Notes under the pieces: model-generated | Seen by the model: the letters and a program-made list of their open reading frames with translations, nothing else | The model's database searches: none | What the model was told of the DNA's origin: nothing | Shown: one piece after another, positions 43,161 to 53,924 of the stretch | Numbering within the stretch: the stretch's first letter is position 1 | Layout: each line of letters begins with the position of its first letter | Assembly: GCA_012103315.1 (NCBI GenBank) | Contig: WLWZ01000014.1 | Coordinates: forward strand, 28,959 to 92,958 | Source of the DNA: Alphaproteobacteria bacterium | GTDB taxonomy: Bacteria > Pseudomonadota > Alphaproteobacteria > MPNO01 > UBA2964 | Direction: 5' to 3' | DNA: 64,000 nucleotides | Made by a program: the position numbers and the translations under genes

Positions 43161-43534
43161 GTCGCGATTAAAGCTGCCGCTGCTGACCGTTCTTCCGCCA
43201 GCAGCACATTGAATGTCCGACAGGCGGCACCTGTGTCCATAAACTCAAGGCCAATGCCTGTCGCGCGGAGCTTTGTGCGTAGTTCTGGAGCAGGTGGCGT
43301 CATTGATGACCCAGTTCCCAGCTGGAGGACTGTTAGATCGGGGACACGTTTCAATGTTGTCAGGAGGCTATCGATGTCGATGCGATCAACCGTTGTTATG
43401 TCCCAGCTACTTGTTTCCAACGCTGTAACGATTACCGAGCCAACATAATCCTGTCCGGCTATACGAAAACCACCATCTCCATAGCCCTGGATGATTTGGC
43501 TGTCGGCAGAAACTGGTGGCGTAATATCAGCCAT
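43157..43534 (-). CDS. Mth938-like domain protein (DUF498 / NDUFAF3-like)
   Basis: 125 aa. Its pattern resembles the Mth938 domain family. Confidence 0.45.
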   Translation of the reverse strand: MADITPPVSADSQIIQGYGDGGFRIAGQDYVGSVIVTALETSSWDITTVDRIDIDSLLTTLKRVPDLTVLQLGTGSSMTPPAPELRTKLRATGIGLEFMDTGAACRTFNVLLAEERSAAAALIAT

Positions 43535-43548
43535 TGGAATGCTTGAGT

Positions 43549-44484
43549 TTACGGTTGGGCAGTTGCATCGTCCTCATCGGGCAATGCCACTGCAGACGCC
43601 CGTAGGTTCATATGGACCAGAAGTGGTGTCGCGACATAGATCGATGAATAGGTTCCGACCAGGACACCCCAAATCATCGCAAAGCTAAAGCCTTTAATGA
43701 CCTCACCGCCGTAGAAATACAGGATCAACAGCGCGATCAAGGTCGTAATACTGGTCAACAATGTTCGAGACAACGTATCGTTAAGGCTCATATTGAGGAC
43801 TTCTTCGAGCGGCCGCACTTTGTACTTCCGTAAATTCTCTCGGACGCGATCATAGACCACAACGGTATCGTTGATTGAATAGCCCGCAATTGTCAGGATG
43901 GCCGCAATCGTAGAGAGGTTGAACTCGAGTCCGAGGAGAGAGAAGACCCCTATTGTCAGGACGACGTCATGCCCCAATGCGGCGACAGCGCCAACGCCAA
44001 ACTGCCACTCAAACCGAAACCAGATATACATCAGCATCGCGATAAGCGCTAAGACGACGGCTGTGACCCCGGCTTCAATCAGTTCACCTGAGACCTTTGG
44101 CCCGACAAATTCAGTCCGCCGATAATCAACTGCAGCGCCTAACGAGTTTTTGACCTTATCGACGGCAATTTTTTGTCCCTTGGCACCGCCAGGTTGGCTT
44201 TCGATCCGGATTAAGACATCGGTGTCGTTACCAAAACGCTGAAGTTCGACCTCTCCAAGCCCTAAGGAACCAAGGTTAGATCGAATTCCTGCGAGATCGG
44301 CTTTTTGAGCCGTTCGAATTTCAAGCAGGATGCCGCCACGGAAATCAATTCCGAAGTTCAGACCTTTGGTCATTAACAAACCAAATGATCCGACACAGAG
44401 CGCCAGAGACAAGAGGATGGCAATTTTACGGAGTGCCAAAAAGTTTATTTTTGTGCCAACGGGAATGAGGTTGATGAGTTTCAT
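43549..44484 (-). CDS. secF: Protein-export membrane protein SecF
   Basis: SecD/SecF family C-terminal 6-TM domain, immediately downstream of secD. Confidence 0.9.
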   Translation of the reverse strand: MKLINLIPVGTKINFLALRKIAILLSLALCVGSFGLLMTKGLNFGIDFRGGILLEIRTAQKADLAGIRSNLGSLGLGEVELQRFGNDTDVLIRIESQPGGAKGQKIAVDKVKNSLGAAVDYRRTEFVGPKVSGELIEAGVTAVVLALIAMLMYIWFRFEWQFGVGAVAALGHDVVLTIGVFSLLGLEFNLSTIAAILTIAGYSINDTVVVYDRVRENLRKYKVRPLEEVLNMSLNDTLSRTLLTSITTLIALLILYFYGGEVIKGFSFAMIWGVLVGTYSSIYVATPLLVHMNLRASAVALPDEDDATAQP

Positions 44485-44503
44485 GTTCTTTTCCTTGCCC
44501 CGA

Positions 44504-46075
44504 TCACAATGGCAGTCTTTGTGGGCGTCTTTGTCGAAGCCAGGTTACAACCATCAACCGCGTGACCATCAGAGCCGAGAACATTGATGTGCAAAGCCCT
44601 ATCGCCAAGGTCACCGCAAACCCCTTCACCGGACCAGAACCAAACATGTAGAGAAGCAAGGCGGCAATAAAGGTCGTTAGGTTCGCGTCGATAATTGTTG
44701 TCAGTGCACGCGAATACCCGGCGTCGACGGCTGATATCGGAGTCCGCCCCGCCCGCTGTTCTTCTCGTATTCGTTCAAACACAAGAACGTTGGCGTCGAC
44801 CGCCATACCAATGGTCAAAACGATCCCCGCGATCCCTGGTAATGTCAGCGTTGCCTGCAATAAAGATAATGCGGCTGCGATCAAGATAAGATTTATCGCG
44901 AGGGCGACGATTGCCATGGCACCAAACCGGCCATAAGCCATGAGCATAAATACCGCCACGGCAATGAGACCGAATATACTCGCTGTCTTACCGGCTGCGA
45001 TCGAGTCTGCACCAAGGCTTGGACCGACCGAGCGTTCTTCTATGATTGTCAAAGGGACAGGGAGTGCGCCACTTCGCAACAACAACGCCAACTCACCGGC
45101 CGATTCCGTTGTGAAGTTACCGCTGATGATACCGTTGCCTCCAAGAATAGGCTCGCGGATAACCGGCGCGCTAATCACCTCTTTATCCAGAACAATGGCG
45201 AAAGGCTTATCGACATTGCGTCTGGTCGTATTGCCAAAACGCCGCGCACCAACCGGATCAAACCGGAAACTGACAACCGGTCTCCCTTGTTCCACGGTGG
45301 CTTGGGAATCAACCAGATTTTCGCCGCTAACCTCTACCCGTTTTTTGACGAGGTAATAGACAGGCTGTCCGGCCGCATCGGCTTCATCGCGGCTTTTGAG
45401 AACCATCGTCCCGGGACGAACACGGCGCCGCGGATCGAGCGTAGAAACTTCCGGATCGACCAGATGAAAACTCATCTTCGCAGTTTGGCCAATAAGGCGT
45501 TTTAAGGCTTCCGGATCAGCGCCGGGCACCTGTAAAAGTATTCGGTCAGCACCTTGGCGCTGCAGACTCAGGTCTTTGACACCCTCTGGGTCAATCCGAA
45601 GACCCAAAATTGTCATCGCCTGTTCGAGGATATTGGCCCGTCGATCTCGTAATTGTTCTTCGGTGAATCTCAGCGTGAAGACGTTTTCATCACGTTCCAA
45701 CAGCATTTCGTTGCCGATTTCACGAAGCCGTTGACGGGTTTCATCTCTGTCTTTTTCATTACGCACCGTAACTGTAACGCCATTCCGAATTAGACCTAAG
45801 CCACGATACCCAATGGTCGGAGATCGCCGCAGGGCACTTCGTACACCTTGCTGTAAGCTCTGAAGCCCTTCTTTTAGGGCTTCATCTACTTTGGCTTCTA
45901 TTAGAAGATGCGCACCACCGCGAAGGTCGAGCCCCAAATTCATTTGCTTTTTCGGGAGCCACGCCGGGATAGAATCTACCTTTTCTGGTGCTACCACATT
46001 TGGTGACGCCAAAAGAATTCCGAGCGCACAAATTGCGAGCACCAGAATGATTTTCCATTTACCGATTTGGACCAT
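44504..46075 (-). CDS. secD: Protein-export membrane protein SecD
   Basis: 523 aa with a periplasmic domain and 6-TM SecD signature. Part of the yajC-secD-secF order. Confidence 0.9.
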   Translation of the reverse strand: MVQIGKWKIILVLAICALGILLASPNVVAPEKVDSIPAWLPKKQMNLGLDLRGGAHLLIEAKVDEALKEGLQSLQQGVRSALRRSPTIGYRGLGLIRNGVTVTVRNEKDRDETRQRLREIGNEMLLERDENVFTLRFTEEQLRDRRANILEQAMTILGLRIDPEGVKDLSLQRQGADRILLQVPGADPEALKRLIGQTAKMSFHLVDPEVSTLDPRRRVRPGTMVLKSRDEADAAGQPVYYLVKKRVEVSGENLVDSQATVEQGRPVVSFRFDPVGARRFGNTTRRNVDKPFAIVLDKEVISAPVIREPILGGNGIISGNFTTESAGELALLLRSGALPVPLTIIEERSVGPSLGADSIAAGKTASIFGLIAVAVFMLMAYGRFGAMAIVALAINLILIAAALSLLQATLTLPGIAGIVLTIGMAVDANVLVFERIREEQRAGRTPISAVDAGYSRALTTIIDANLTTFIAALLLYMFGSGPVKGFAVTLAIGLCTSMFSALMVTRLMVVTWLRQRRPQRLPL

Positions 46076-46124
46076 GAGGCCGACCTATTGAAGCAATAAT
46101 GTGTCTATATGGGACTACGAGAAC

Positions 46125-46493
46125 TTATTTCTCGTCTTTTTTGTCGTCATCTTCATCGTCGTCGTCGTCATTGGCGGCATCGCGCGCTTCAGTCTTAGCC
46201 AAAACATCACTTATCATACCGCGCATAACCTTGACTTTGACGTCATCTGATATTTCGACGGTAAGTTCGGTCTCAGAAGCTTTTGTTATCGTTCCTACGA
46301 TACCGCCCGCTGTGACTACCCGATCACCGCGCCGCAAGGCTTCCAACATCTCGCGATGCTGCTTTTGCTTCTTCTGCTGCGGGCGAATGAGCAGAAAGTA
46401 GAACACAACAAAAATCAATACGAGTGGCAATAGTGATTCCATACCACCTAAACCGCCCCCTGCTCCCTGCGCATAGGCTGGTGAAATAAACAT
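46125..46493 (-). CDS. yajC: Preprotein translocase subunit YajC
   Basis: N-terminal TM followed by the conserved YajC core, and an acidic poly-Asp/Glu C-terminal tail. Confidence 0.85.
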   Translation of the reverse strand: MFISPAYAQGAGGGLGGMESLLPLVLIFVVFYFLLIRPQQKKQKQHREMLEALRRGDRVVTAGGIVGTITKASETELTVEISDDVKVKVMRGMISDVLAKTEARDAANDDDDDEDDDKKDEK

Positions 46494-46663
46494 CCGGGTC
46501 TCCTTTTTTCTCGGCTCTAAAGTTGCCGGACTATACAGCCCTCGCTACACGTTGCAAATGCGTTGAATGCAGTGCAGAAATAATTGAAATATAACAGGAT
46601 TGACGCGTTCCCCGCTTATGATAGGGTCCCGCGCGTTTTTGTACACCATAGAAGATTGGCGGC

Positions 46664-47521
46664 ATGTCTGATTCAGAGCTAACACCCCTTCTCCGCCGCA
46701 TTGCTGATGTTCTGGAAAAAATACATCCGGCAGCCGCAAAAGCCTCGGATTTCGGCCAGTCAGATGCTTTTGTCTGGAATGCAGACCAGCAAACCCTGAA
46801 CCCAGTTAAGAGAGTAAATAGGGTTCCGATCAAACTTCTGAAAGGAATTGATCTTTCACGAGACACTTTGGTCGATAACACCAAGCGGTTTGCAAAAGGA
46901 TTTCCAGCAAATAACGCGCTTCTTTGGGGCGCCCGAGGCACCGGAAAAAGTTCTCTAATCAAGGCAGCTCATTGCGCGGTAAATGATGAAATTAAAGAGC
47001 TGATTCTGATCGAGATTCACCGCGAAGATATTTCATCCCTATCGCAGCTGCTGCCGATTTTGCGGGCTTCATCGGAGTATCGTTTCATTCTGTTTTGCGA
47101 CGATCTGTCTTTTGATGGCGAAGACGATACCTACAAGTCTTTGAAGGCTCTGCTTGAAGGCGGCCTTGAGGGTCGGCCGAATAATGTCCTGTTTTACGCG
47201 ACCTCCAACCGCCGTCACCTCATGCCACGCGACATGATTGAGAATGAACGCTCAACGGCTATTAATCCGGCGGAAGCCGTTGAAGAGAAAGTGTCCCTAT
47301 CGGATCGGTTTGGATTGTGGCTTGGATTTCATAATTGTGATCAAAAGACGTTCTTTGAAATCATCGATGGCTATGCCGACGAATTTGGACTCGATATCAG
47401 CAAAGAGCAGCTCCACGCAGAAGCCATCGAATGGTCGGTCACGCGCGGCGCACGGTCAGGCCGTGTTGCATGGCAATTCATTCAGGATTTGGCCGGGCGT
47501 CTTGAAAAGCATATTCCCTAA
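46664..47521 (+). CDS. DUF815-family AAA-type ATPase
   Basis: Walker A LLWGARGTGKSSL and Walker B ILFCDD. 285 aa. Confidence 0.6.
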   Translation: MSDSELTPLLRRIADVLEKIHPAAAKASDFGQSDAFVWNADQQTLNPVKRVNRVPIKLLKGIDLSRDTLVDNTKRFAKGFPANNALLWGARGTGKSSLIKAAHCAVNDEIKELILIEIHREDISSLSQLLPILRASSEYRFILFCDDLSFDGEDDTYKSLKALLEGGLEGRPNNVLFYATSNRRHLMPRDMIENERSTAINPAEAVEEKVSLSDRFGLWLGFHNCDQKTFFEIIDGYADEFGLDISKEQLHAEAIEWSVTRGARSGRVAWQFIQDLAGRLEKHIP

Positions 47522-48560
47522 GATTTCGTAGCGACGCAAAACGCACAAGATATCGTCTGGGGTCAACAGCCCGATCACCCCGCCTGAGCTCGAAATGAAG
47601 CTGGGGTTTGTTTACGTTCCCGGTTCTGCCCACGCGAGCGATGGTTTCACCACGTTTTACCACACTGCCTCGCCGCACATGAACACGTGATCCATGGGCA
47701 TAGGCAGACATCCAGCCCCCAGAATGCTTGATCAGAACAAGGTTACCAAATCCCTGAAGCTGATTGCCAACATAAGCGACCACGCCGTTCTCAGCGGCCT
47801 TTATGGGTGTTCCGGCACGAGCGGCGATATTGATCCCATCATTATGAAAACCGCCCTTTCGTGGCCCAAAGGCGACGATAATTCTGCCTTTTACCGGCCA
47901 TAGGAATTTACGACCGCTACGACGCGGTGGAGCTTTGAGAGGTTTTGGAGCTGACTTATCCCAGGATGGTTTCGGTGTCGCCTGTCTTGATGTTGTTGAC
48001 TGCCGGGGAAATCTGGCCGGTCCGCGGACTGGCCTAACAGTGGATTTAGGTCGGTTCGTTCCTACCCGGTCAGAACTCGTAGTTCGGGCAACATTAGAGG
48101 ACTGGGGATCGGGCAGTCTCAATCTTTGCCCTGAACGCAGCCGATAGGGAGGACGGATTTTATTGATCCTTACCAGGGACCCCATATCGACACCATAACG
48201 ACGAGCCACGCCATAAGCGGTTTCACCTGAGCGCGCGACATGAATACGCGCACCCGGCGTTTTAAGGGTCTTGCCTGGATAAATTACATAAGGCGGCCGC
48301 AAGCCATTTGCCTCGATCAACTTTCTGATGGGAATCCCATGGCGTCGGGCAATGCCGTACAACGTATCGCCGCGCCTAATCAGAATGTGACCGGCTGGCA
48401 CCACTTTGCGAGTTTGTGATTGATCATTTCGGTCGATTGTCTTTTTAGTATCGTCGAGAATCGTTGGATTATAGTCATTCCGGGCGCATGCCGAGAGCAT
48501 CACCGCCAACAGAAACGGCAGATATTTTTGGATAAAGGTGGGGCCAAAGATCAAATTCAT
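47478..48560 (-). CDS. LysM-domain M23 family peptidoglycan metalloendopeptidase (NlpD-like)
   Basis: Two LysM repeats (GDTLYGIARRHGI, GETAYGVARRYGV) and an M23 domain (HNDGINIAA ... GWMSAYAH). Confidence 0.8.
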   Translation of the reverse strand: MNLIFGPTFIQKYLPFLLAVMLSACARNDYNPTILDDTKKTIDRNDQSQTRKVVPAGHILIRRGDTLYGIARRHGIPIRKLIEANGLRPPYVIYPGKTLKTPGARIHVARSGETAYGVARRYGVDMGSLVRINKIRPPYRLRSGQRLRLPDPQSSNVARTTSSDRVGTNRPKSTVRPVRGPARFPRQSTTSRQATPKPSWDKSAPKPLKAPPRRSGRKFLWPVKGRIIVAFGPRKGGFHNDGINIAARAGTPIKAAENGVVAYVGNQLQGFGNLVLIKHSGGWMSAYAHGSRVHVRRGSVVKRGETIARVGRTGNVNKPQLHFELRRGDRAVDPRRYLVRFASLRNLREYAFQDARPNPE

Positions 48561-48607
48561 GGCGTCACGTTAAGAACGAGGTGAGTCGCGGTCAATAAAA
48601 TGCTGCA

Positions 48608-49258
48608 TCACTGGTTCGATGTATCGCCTATGGTTCCATCGAGCATCGGTACAAATCGAACCGGCCATAACTCTTCGGAATCCCATTCTCCGCTCGGAAG
48701 ATGACGAAACTTAACAAGGCTCTGGTCGTGGGTCGTTGTACCTATTGGAGCAATGATGATGCCGTCGTCAGTCATTTGATCGAGGAGAACCTTCGGCACT
48801 TCCTTCGCCGCAGCCGTTAAAATCATACGATCAAACGGGGCTTGCTCTGGCCATCCTGCACCACCGTCTCCCCATTTAGTGGTAACATTATTAATCCGAA
48901 GGTCCCGAAGCCGCGCGTCAGAAGAGCGTAGCAACTCGCGAAATCTTTCAACGGAATAAACACGCCGACACAGCCCGGCCAGCACTGCAGCTTGATAGCC
49001 ACAGCCCGTACCAACCTCCAGAATCTTCATACGAGAGCCTATTTCAAGCGCTTGGGTCATAAACCCAACAACGGAGGGTTGGCTAATTGTTTGGCCATGA
49101 CCGATTGGCAAAGCAGTATTTTCATAAGCCTGGTCATGGAAGGATTCTGGAATAAAGGCCTCGCGAGGAACTCGTTCAATCGCGGACAGCACAGCCTGAT
49201 CGGTAATCCCCTGCTGGCGAAGCTCCATCACCAACCGGATTTTGCGTGCTTCTAGCAT
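48608..49258 (-). CDS. pcm: Protein-L-isoaspartate O-methyltransferase
   Basis: SAM-binding VLEVGTGCGYQAAVLA and the conserved PIMT N-terminal motifs. Confidence 0.85.
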   Translation of the reverse strand: MLEARKIRLVMELRQQGITDQAVLSAIERVPREAFIPESFHDQAYENTALPIGHGQTISQPSVVGFMTQALEIGSRMKILEVGTGCGYQAAVLAGLCRRVYSVERFRELLRSSDARLRDLRINNVTTKWGDGGAGWPEQAPFDRMILTAAAKEVPKVLLDQMTDDGIIIAPIGTTTHDQSLVKFRHLPSGEWDSEELWPVRFVPMLDGTIGDTSNQ

Positions 49259-49265
49259 TTAGACG

Positions 49266-50540
49266 CTATCCAGCGGAAATGAGTTCGAGCCCGTTCATGT
49301 AAGGCCGGAGGACTTCAGGAATCGTAATAGAACCATCTTTGTTTTGATAATTTTCCATCACGGCGATAAGGCACCGTCCCACCGCAAGACTGGAACCGTT
49401 GAGCGTATGAACAAACTCTGTGCCCTTCCCAGCTTCGGGACGGAATCGAGCTTTCATCCGACGTGCCTGAAAATCACCGCAATTGGAACAGGAGGATATC
49501 TCTCGATATGTGTCCTGTCCTGGCAACCAGACCTCCAGGTCATAAGTCTTGCGGGCAGAAAAACCGATATCGCCCGTGCACAGCACCATTACGCGGTAAG
49601 CCAAATCAAGCCGTTTAAGGATTTCCTCCGCGGCACCCGTCATTCTTTCATGTTCTTCGAGCGAGTTATCCGGATGACAGATGCTGACCAGTTCGACCTT
49701 GTTGAACTGATGTTGGCGCAACATGCCGCGGGTATCCTTGCCCGCGGCACCGGCTTCTGACCTAAAGCAGGGCGTCAATGCGGTTACTCTGATCGGAAGG
49801 TCGTCTTCAGCCAGTATTTCGTTGGCGACTAAATTGGTAAGTGATACTTCGGCAGTCGGAATTAGCCAGAGATCGTCCGTGGTCTTAAATAGGTCGTCAG
49901 CGAATTTCGGCAACTGACCTGTGCCATAAAGGGCTTCATCTTTGACCAGCACCGGCGGCGCGATCTCCGTATAGCCAAATTCTTCGGTCTGCACGTCGAG
50001 CATGAAGGATGCTAATGCGCGTTCCAGCCTTGCCACTTGCCCCTGTAATACGACGAAACGTGATCCAGACAGTTTGCCCGCCCGTTCGAAACTAATGCCA
50101 GAAAGATTTTCGCCAAGGTCAACATGATCCTTCGCCTCGAAATCAAACTCAGGCGGCACACCTTCCAAGCGGATCTCGACATTCTCTTCTTCGCCGGCAC
50201 CCACTGGCGTATCTTCCGATGGTAGGTTTGGAATGCCCGACAAGAGATCGGTGAGATTTGAGGAAAGATTCTTCTCGTTCTCCTCAAGGGCTTGCATACG
50301 GTCTTTTAAATCACTGACCTCTTTGATTAACGTATCAGCGTCTTCACCCTTGCTCTTTGCAATGCCTATTTGTTTTGAAGCATCGTTACGTCGCGTCTGC
50401 AATTCTTGTAACTCTGTCTGGACGGCGCGCCGATCAGCATCGCGTTGAATTAGATCGGCAGACATCGCCTCATCACCACGCTTTGCTAAGGCAGCGTCGA
50501 ACTCTGCGGGGTTTTCCCGAATCCAGCGGATATCATGCAT
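49266..50540 (-). CDS. serS: Serine--tRNA ligase
   Basis: N-terminal coiled-coil arm and class II aaRS motifs 2 and 3 ([22 protein letters not shown]). 424 aa. Confidence 0.95.
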   Translation of the reverse strand: MHDIRWIRENPAEFDAALAKRGDEAMSADLIQRDADRRAVQTELQELQTRRNDASKQIGIAKSKGEDADTLIKEVSDLKDRMQALEENEKNLSSNLTDLLSGIPNLPSEDTPVGAGEEENVEIRLEGVPPEFDFEAKDHVDLGENLSGISFERAGKLSGSRFVVLQGQVARLERALASFMLDVQTEEFGYTEIAPPVLVKDEALYGTGQLPKFADDLFKTTDDLWLIPTAEVSLTNLVANEILAEDDLPIRVTALTPCFRSEAGAAGKDTRGMLRQHQFNKVELVSICHPDNSLEEHERMTGAAEEILKRLDLAYRVMVLCTGDIGFSARKTYDLEVWLPGQDTYREISSCSNCGDFQARRMKARFRPEAGKGTEFVHTLNGSSLAVGRCLIAVMENYQNKDGSITIPEVLRPYMNGLELISAG

Positions 50541-50617
50541 AGTAAACTCCAGACGCGATCTATCGCTGGCGGTTATAGGGGCAGAAGATTAACACGTCTA
50601 GAATCGTGCGATCTTTG

Positions 50618-51439
50618 TCACTCATCGTCATCGTCTATAGCGGCGTCCCGTTCTTCTTCCGCTGCCGCCCGTTCATCGCGCTTTCTTTCCATCATCCGGG
50701 CTCCAACAATCGAGACTTCGTACAATAGTATGATTGGAACCGCTAACCCGATCTGGCTTATCACATCAGGAGGCGTCAGAACTGCGGCGAAGACAAATAC
50801 ACCAACAATGGCATAGCGTCGTTTTTCAGCCAGCCCATCAGCCGTAACGATGCCAGCCTTTGCTAGCAACATCAGGAATACGGGAAGCTCGAAGCCAAGA
50901 CCAAAGGCAAAGATGAGCTGCATAACCAATGACAAATACTGATCGACTTTTGGTTCGACTTGAATTGGTAGAAGCCCCTCTCCTCCTGGCGTTTGGAAAT
51001 TGAGGAAGAACTCCCATGCGAGAGGAAAAATGAAATAATAAACCAATGCCCCACCCATAAAAAACAACACCGGTGTGGCAATTAAAAATGGTGCAAACGC
51101 GTGTTTTTCATTCCGATAGAGACCAGGAGCAACAAACAACCATATCTGTGACGCGATCAATGGGAAGGCCACAAATGCCGCTGCGAAGAAAGCTACTTTC
51201 ACATAGGTAAAAAATGCTTCGTGGAGGGCGGTGAAGATCATTCGCGCGCCTTCTCGCGTCTCCATCTGTTCCGCTAAGGGACGAACCAAAAAGGCGAAGA
51301 TGTGTTCGGCAAAATAGAAGGCGACGAAGAAGCAGACGATAAAGCCGGCGAAAGCCCAGATCAAACGGCTGCGCAGCTCAACCAAATGGTCAAGCAGCGG
51401 CATTTTTGAATCTTCTTCAGTGTCCTCAGCCATCGTCAA
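50618..51439 (-). CDS. tatC: Twin-arginine translocase subunit TatC
   Basis: 6-TM TatC signature. The upstream tatB stop overlaps its start (ATGA). Confidence 0.9.
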   Translation of the reverse strand: MTMAEDTEEDSKMPLLDHLVELRSRLIWAFAGFIVCFFVAFYFAEHIFAFLVRPLAEQMETREGARMIFTALHEAFFTYVKVAFFAAAFVAFPLIASQIWLFVAPGLYRNEKHAFAPFLIATPVLFFMGGALVYYFIFPLAWEFFLNFQTPGGEGLLPIQVEPKVDQYLSLVMQLIFAFGLGFELPVFLMLLAKAGIVTADGLAEKRRYAIVGVFVFAAVLTPPDVISQIGLAVPIILLYEVSIVGARMMERKRDERAAAEEERDAAIDDDDE

Positions 51440-51924
51440 GACTTAGCCCGGTCTTTTTCGTCTAATGTTTCATCATCGGACGCTTCATCTTCCTCAGGCT
51501 TTTCGGCATTTTTTGTCGGCGCTAATTCGACGACGTCGTTAGCGCTATCGCTTAACTCATCCTGTTCGTCGAGATCTTCCTGAATTTTTGCCATATCATC
51601 TTCAAGAATATCTTTAGCACCGTCGAGGGCATCGGCCATCTCACCACTTGGGTCTATTGCGTTGGTAACCTCCTGATGAATGGTATTACCAATATCACCG
51701 TGCTCGCCTAAGCCAACGCCATCGCGGAACTCGTCACCGATCTTTTCAAGCTCAACCTCCTGCGCGAGGTCATCTATGCCACTTTGAAATTCGCGTGCCA
51801 GTTCTCGTGCTTTGCGCACCCAGCCCGTGACTGACCGTATCATTCCAGGCAAGTCTTTGGGCCCGATGATGACAATCGCCACAACAACTATAATCAGGAA
51901 TTCCCAGCCACCGATATCAAACAT
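51436..51924 (-). CDS. tatB: Twin-arginine translocase subunit TatB
   Basis: N-terminal TM with the MFDIGGWEFLIIVVVAIVIIGPKDLP TatA/B motif and a long acidic tail. Confidence 0.75.
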   Translation of the reverse strand: MFDIGGWEFLIIVVVAIVIIGPKDLPGMIRSVTGWVRKARELAREFQSGIDDLAQEVELEKIGDEFRDGVGLGEHGDIGNTIHQEVTNAIDPSGEMADALDGAKDILEDDMAKIQEDLDEQDELSDSANDVVELAPTKNAEKPEEDEASDDETLDEKDRAKS

Positions 51925-51965
51925 GGTGCATCCGCACCCTTCAAATGCTGGAACAAATCAGGTTG

Positions 51966-52202
51966 TTAGCTCTTAGCGGTTTCATCTTTACTTGAGGTAT
52001 TCGCTGACGGCTCGGCCGCCTCGGCATCAATCGTCTTCTTTTCATCGTCACCATCAGGGCTATTTTCTTTCAGCCCCTTCTTGAAGGCCGTAATACCCCG
52101 CGCTGCATCACCCATCAGGCGTGAAAGCTTACCGCCACCGCCAAACAATACGAGCACGACAACCAGAACAATGACCCAGTGCCAAATGCTGAACGTTCCC
52201 AT
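51966..52202 (-). CDS. tatA: Twin-arginine translocase subunit TatA
   Basis: [26 protein letters not shown] TatA motif. 78 aa. Confidence 0.85.
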   Translation of the reverse strand: MGTFSIWHWVIVLVVVLVLFGGGGKLSRLMGDAARGITAFKKGLKENSPDGDDEKKTIDAEAAEPSANTSSKDETAKS

Positions 52203-52356
52203 ACCGATATCCTCGCCAAATAAGCCCGGAGGCCATGTTTAAGTTGATCCAAGGTTTATCACACTTGGAAAGCGCGTAAATAGCCAATCATAAAAAGTGG
52301 CAACGCCCCGGTTACCCGAGACCTTGCCGCTACTTGTAGCTATTTCAATCGGTTGA

Positions 52357-53088
52357 TCAAGCGTCTTGTTGCTCAGCCGGGGCAGCGTCGTCGTCTGTAT
52401 TCAAGGGCTCGGGAACCGCTCCTTCTTCCTCATCAACAGCACTCGACGCGTTTGGCTCGTCAATTTTGGCCGCAACTTCGCCAAAGATAGTCCGAGCTGG
52501 ACGTGGATCAAGCAACCCAGCGGCTTTCAATTCGCCAACCCCTGGCAAATCGCTCAGCTTGTTTAAATTGAAATGATCAAGGAACTCTTGAGAGGTTCCC
52601 CAAGTTACCGGGCGTCCGGGTGTTTTGCGCTTCCCAACAGGTCGAATCCAGCCAATTTCAAGCAACAAATCAAGGGTTCCTCGACTCAGAGCTACACCGC
52701 GAATTTCTTCAATTTCTCCACGGGTGACCGGTTGATGGTAGCCAATGATAGATAGGGTTTCGACCGCAGCCCGGGACAGCTTACGTGAAACCTTAACCTC
52801 AATCTCAAGTGACCCCGCAAGATCAGGGGCTGTTCGGAACGCCCAGCGCCCTGCAACAGGCTGTAAAACAACCCCCCGGCCTTCATATTGCTGCGCCAGT
52901 TCGGCAAGTAATGCGGGAACATCAACGCCTTCTGGGAACCGCTGTGCCAAGGCACTTTCCGTGACCGGCTCGGAAACCGCAAACAAAACCGCCTCTAGAA
53001 TTCTGAGTTCCTGCGTGTTGTCGGTCATACTGCCTTCCTGGCGCTCCACGGTATCCTCGGTTTGGATAGAACCATCCATAGTATTCAC
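52357..53088 (-). CDS. scpB: Segregation and condensation protein B
   Basis: ScpB winged-helix repeats (ILEAVLFAVSEPV ... IIGYHQPVTRGEIEEIRGV). ATGA overlap with scpA. Confidence 0.8.
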   Translation of the reverse strand: MNTMDGSIQTEDTVERQEGSMTDNTQELRILEAVLFAVSEPVTESALAQRFPEGVDVPALLAELAQQYEGRGVVLQPVAGRWAFRTAPDLAGSLEIEVKVSRKLSRAAVETLSIIGYHQPVTRGEIEEIRGVALSRGTLDLLLEIGWIRPVGKRKTPGRPVTWGTSQEFLDHFNLNKLSDLPGVGELKAAGLLDPRPARTIFGEVAAKIDEPNASSAVDEEEGAVPEPLNTDDDAAPAEQQDA

Positions 53089-53870
53089 CCTGTTTCTGCG
53101 CGGGAACGAACAAAAATAGGAGCAAATGTCCCACTTTGACGAAGCTCAAGTTGTCCCGACTTTGCTAATTCCAGGCTCGCTGCAAAAGTTGAGGCCACAG
53201 CAGATCTAAAGACTACCGTGTCCTTTATCGACTCGGGCAAAAATCCTTGCAGCGTTGTCCAGTCGGGGATTTTACCTAATACCCTGCCCAATCGTTCCAG
53301 CGCATCATCGACCGAATAAATTTCGGTTGCGGCAATTTCCAATGGTCCCGATGGACCAATACTGTGTTGATCGCCATAAGCCCGTAACAGCTCATAAAGC
53401 GAGAGGTCATAAACCGGGGTCCGGGTAACCTTGACGCCTTCCGGTGCACCACGCGGAAAAACATCACGCCCAAGCCTTGGCAATTCCATGACCTTAGAAC
53501 CGGCCTCTTGCATCGCCTCGAGACGACGTAGCTGGAACGCAAGGGCCTCAGCCATTTCAGGGCCACTGGGTTCATCATCCTCATCATCAGCTGGTAGCAG
53601 AAGACGTGATTTGAGATAGGCAAGCCACGCTGCCATCACCAGATAATCCGCAGCAATTTCAAGCCGTAGCCGTCGCGCTTCTTCAATAAATCTTAGATAC
53701 TGCTCAGCGAGTTGGAGAATAGAGATATTGAGTAAATCGACCTTCTGCTGCCGTGCCAGGACGAGCAACATGTCGATTGGTCCTTCATACCCCTCCAAAT
53801 CGACGACAAGAGCACCATCCGATCCAACGGGTCGTTCTTCCATTTCAAAATCATCAGGCGCTTCTGTCAT
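53085..53870 (-). CDS. scpA: Segregation and condensation protein A
   Basis: ScpA N-terminal motif (LVVDLEGYEGPIDMLL ... ISILQLAEQY). 261 aa. Confidence 0.8.
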   Translation of the reverse strand: MTEAPDDFEMEERPVGSDGALVVDLEGYEGPIDMLLVLARQQKVDLLNISILQLAEQYLRFIEEARRLRLEIAADYLVMAAWLAYLKSRLLLPADDEDDEPSGPEMAEALAFQLRRLEAMQEAGSKVMELPRLGRDVFPRGAPEGVKVTRTPVYDLSLYELLRAYGDQHSIGPSGPLEIAATEIYSVDDALERLGRVLGKIPDWTTLQGFLPESIKDTVVFRSAVASTFAASLELAKSGQLELRQSGTFAPIFVRSRAETG

Positions 53871-53924
53871 AAACTCTCAGCTCAAAAATGACCGGCAGCT
53901 GTCATTACAAATCTATACAAGGCA

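Noticed and set aside
46099-46401. 100-aa Ser-rich plus-strand ORF
   Set aside because: It is antisense to yajC, and its poly-Ser is the complement of the yajC acidic tail codons.
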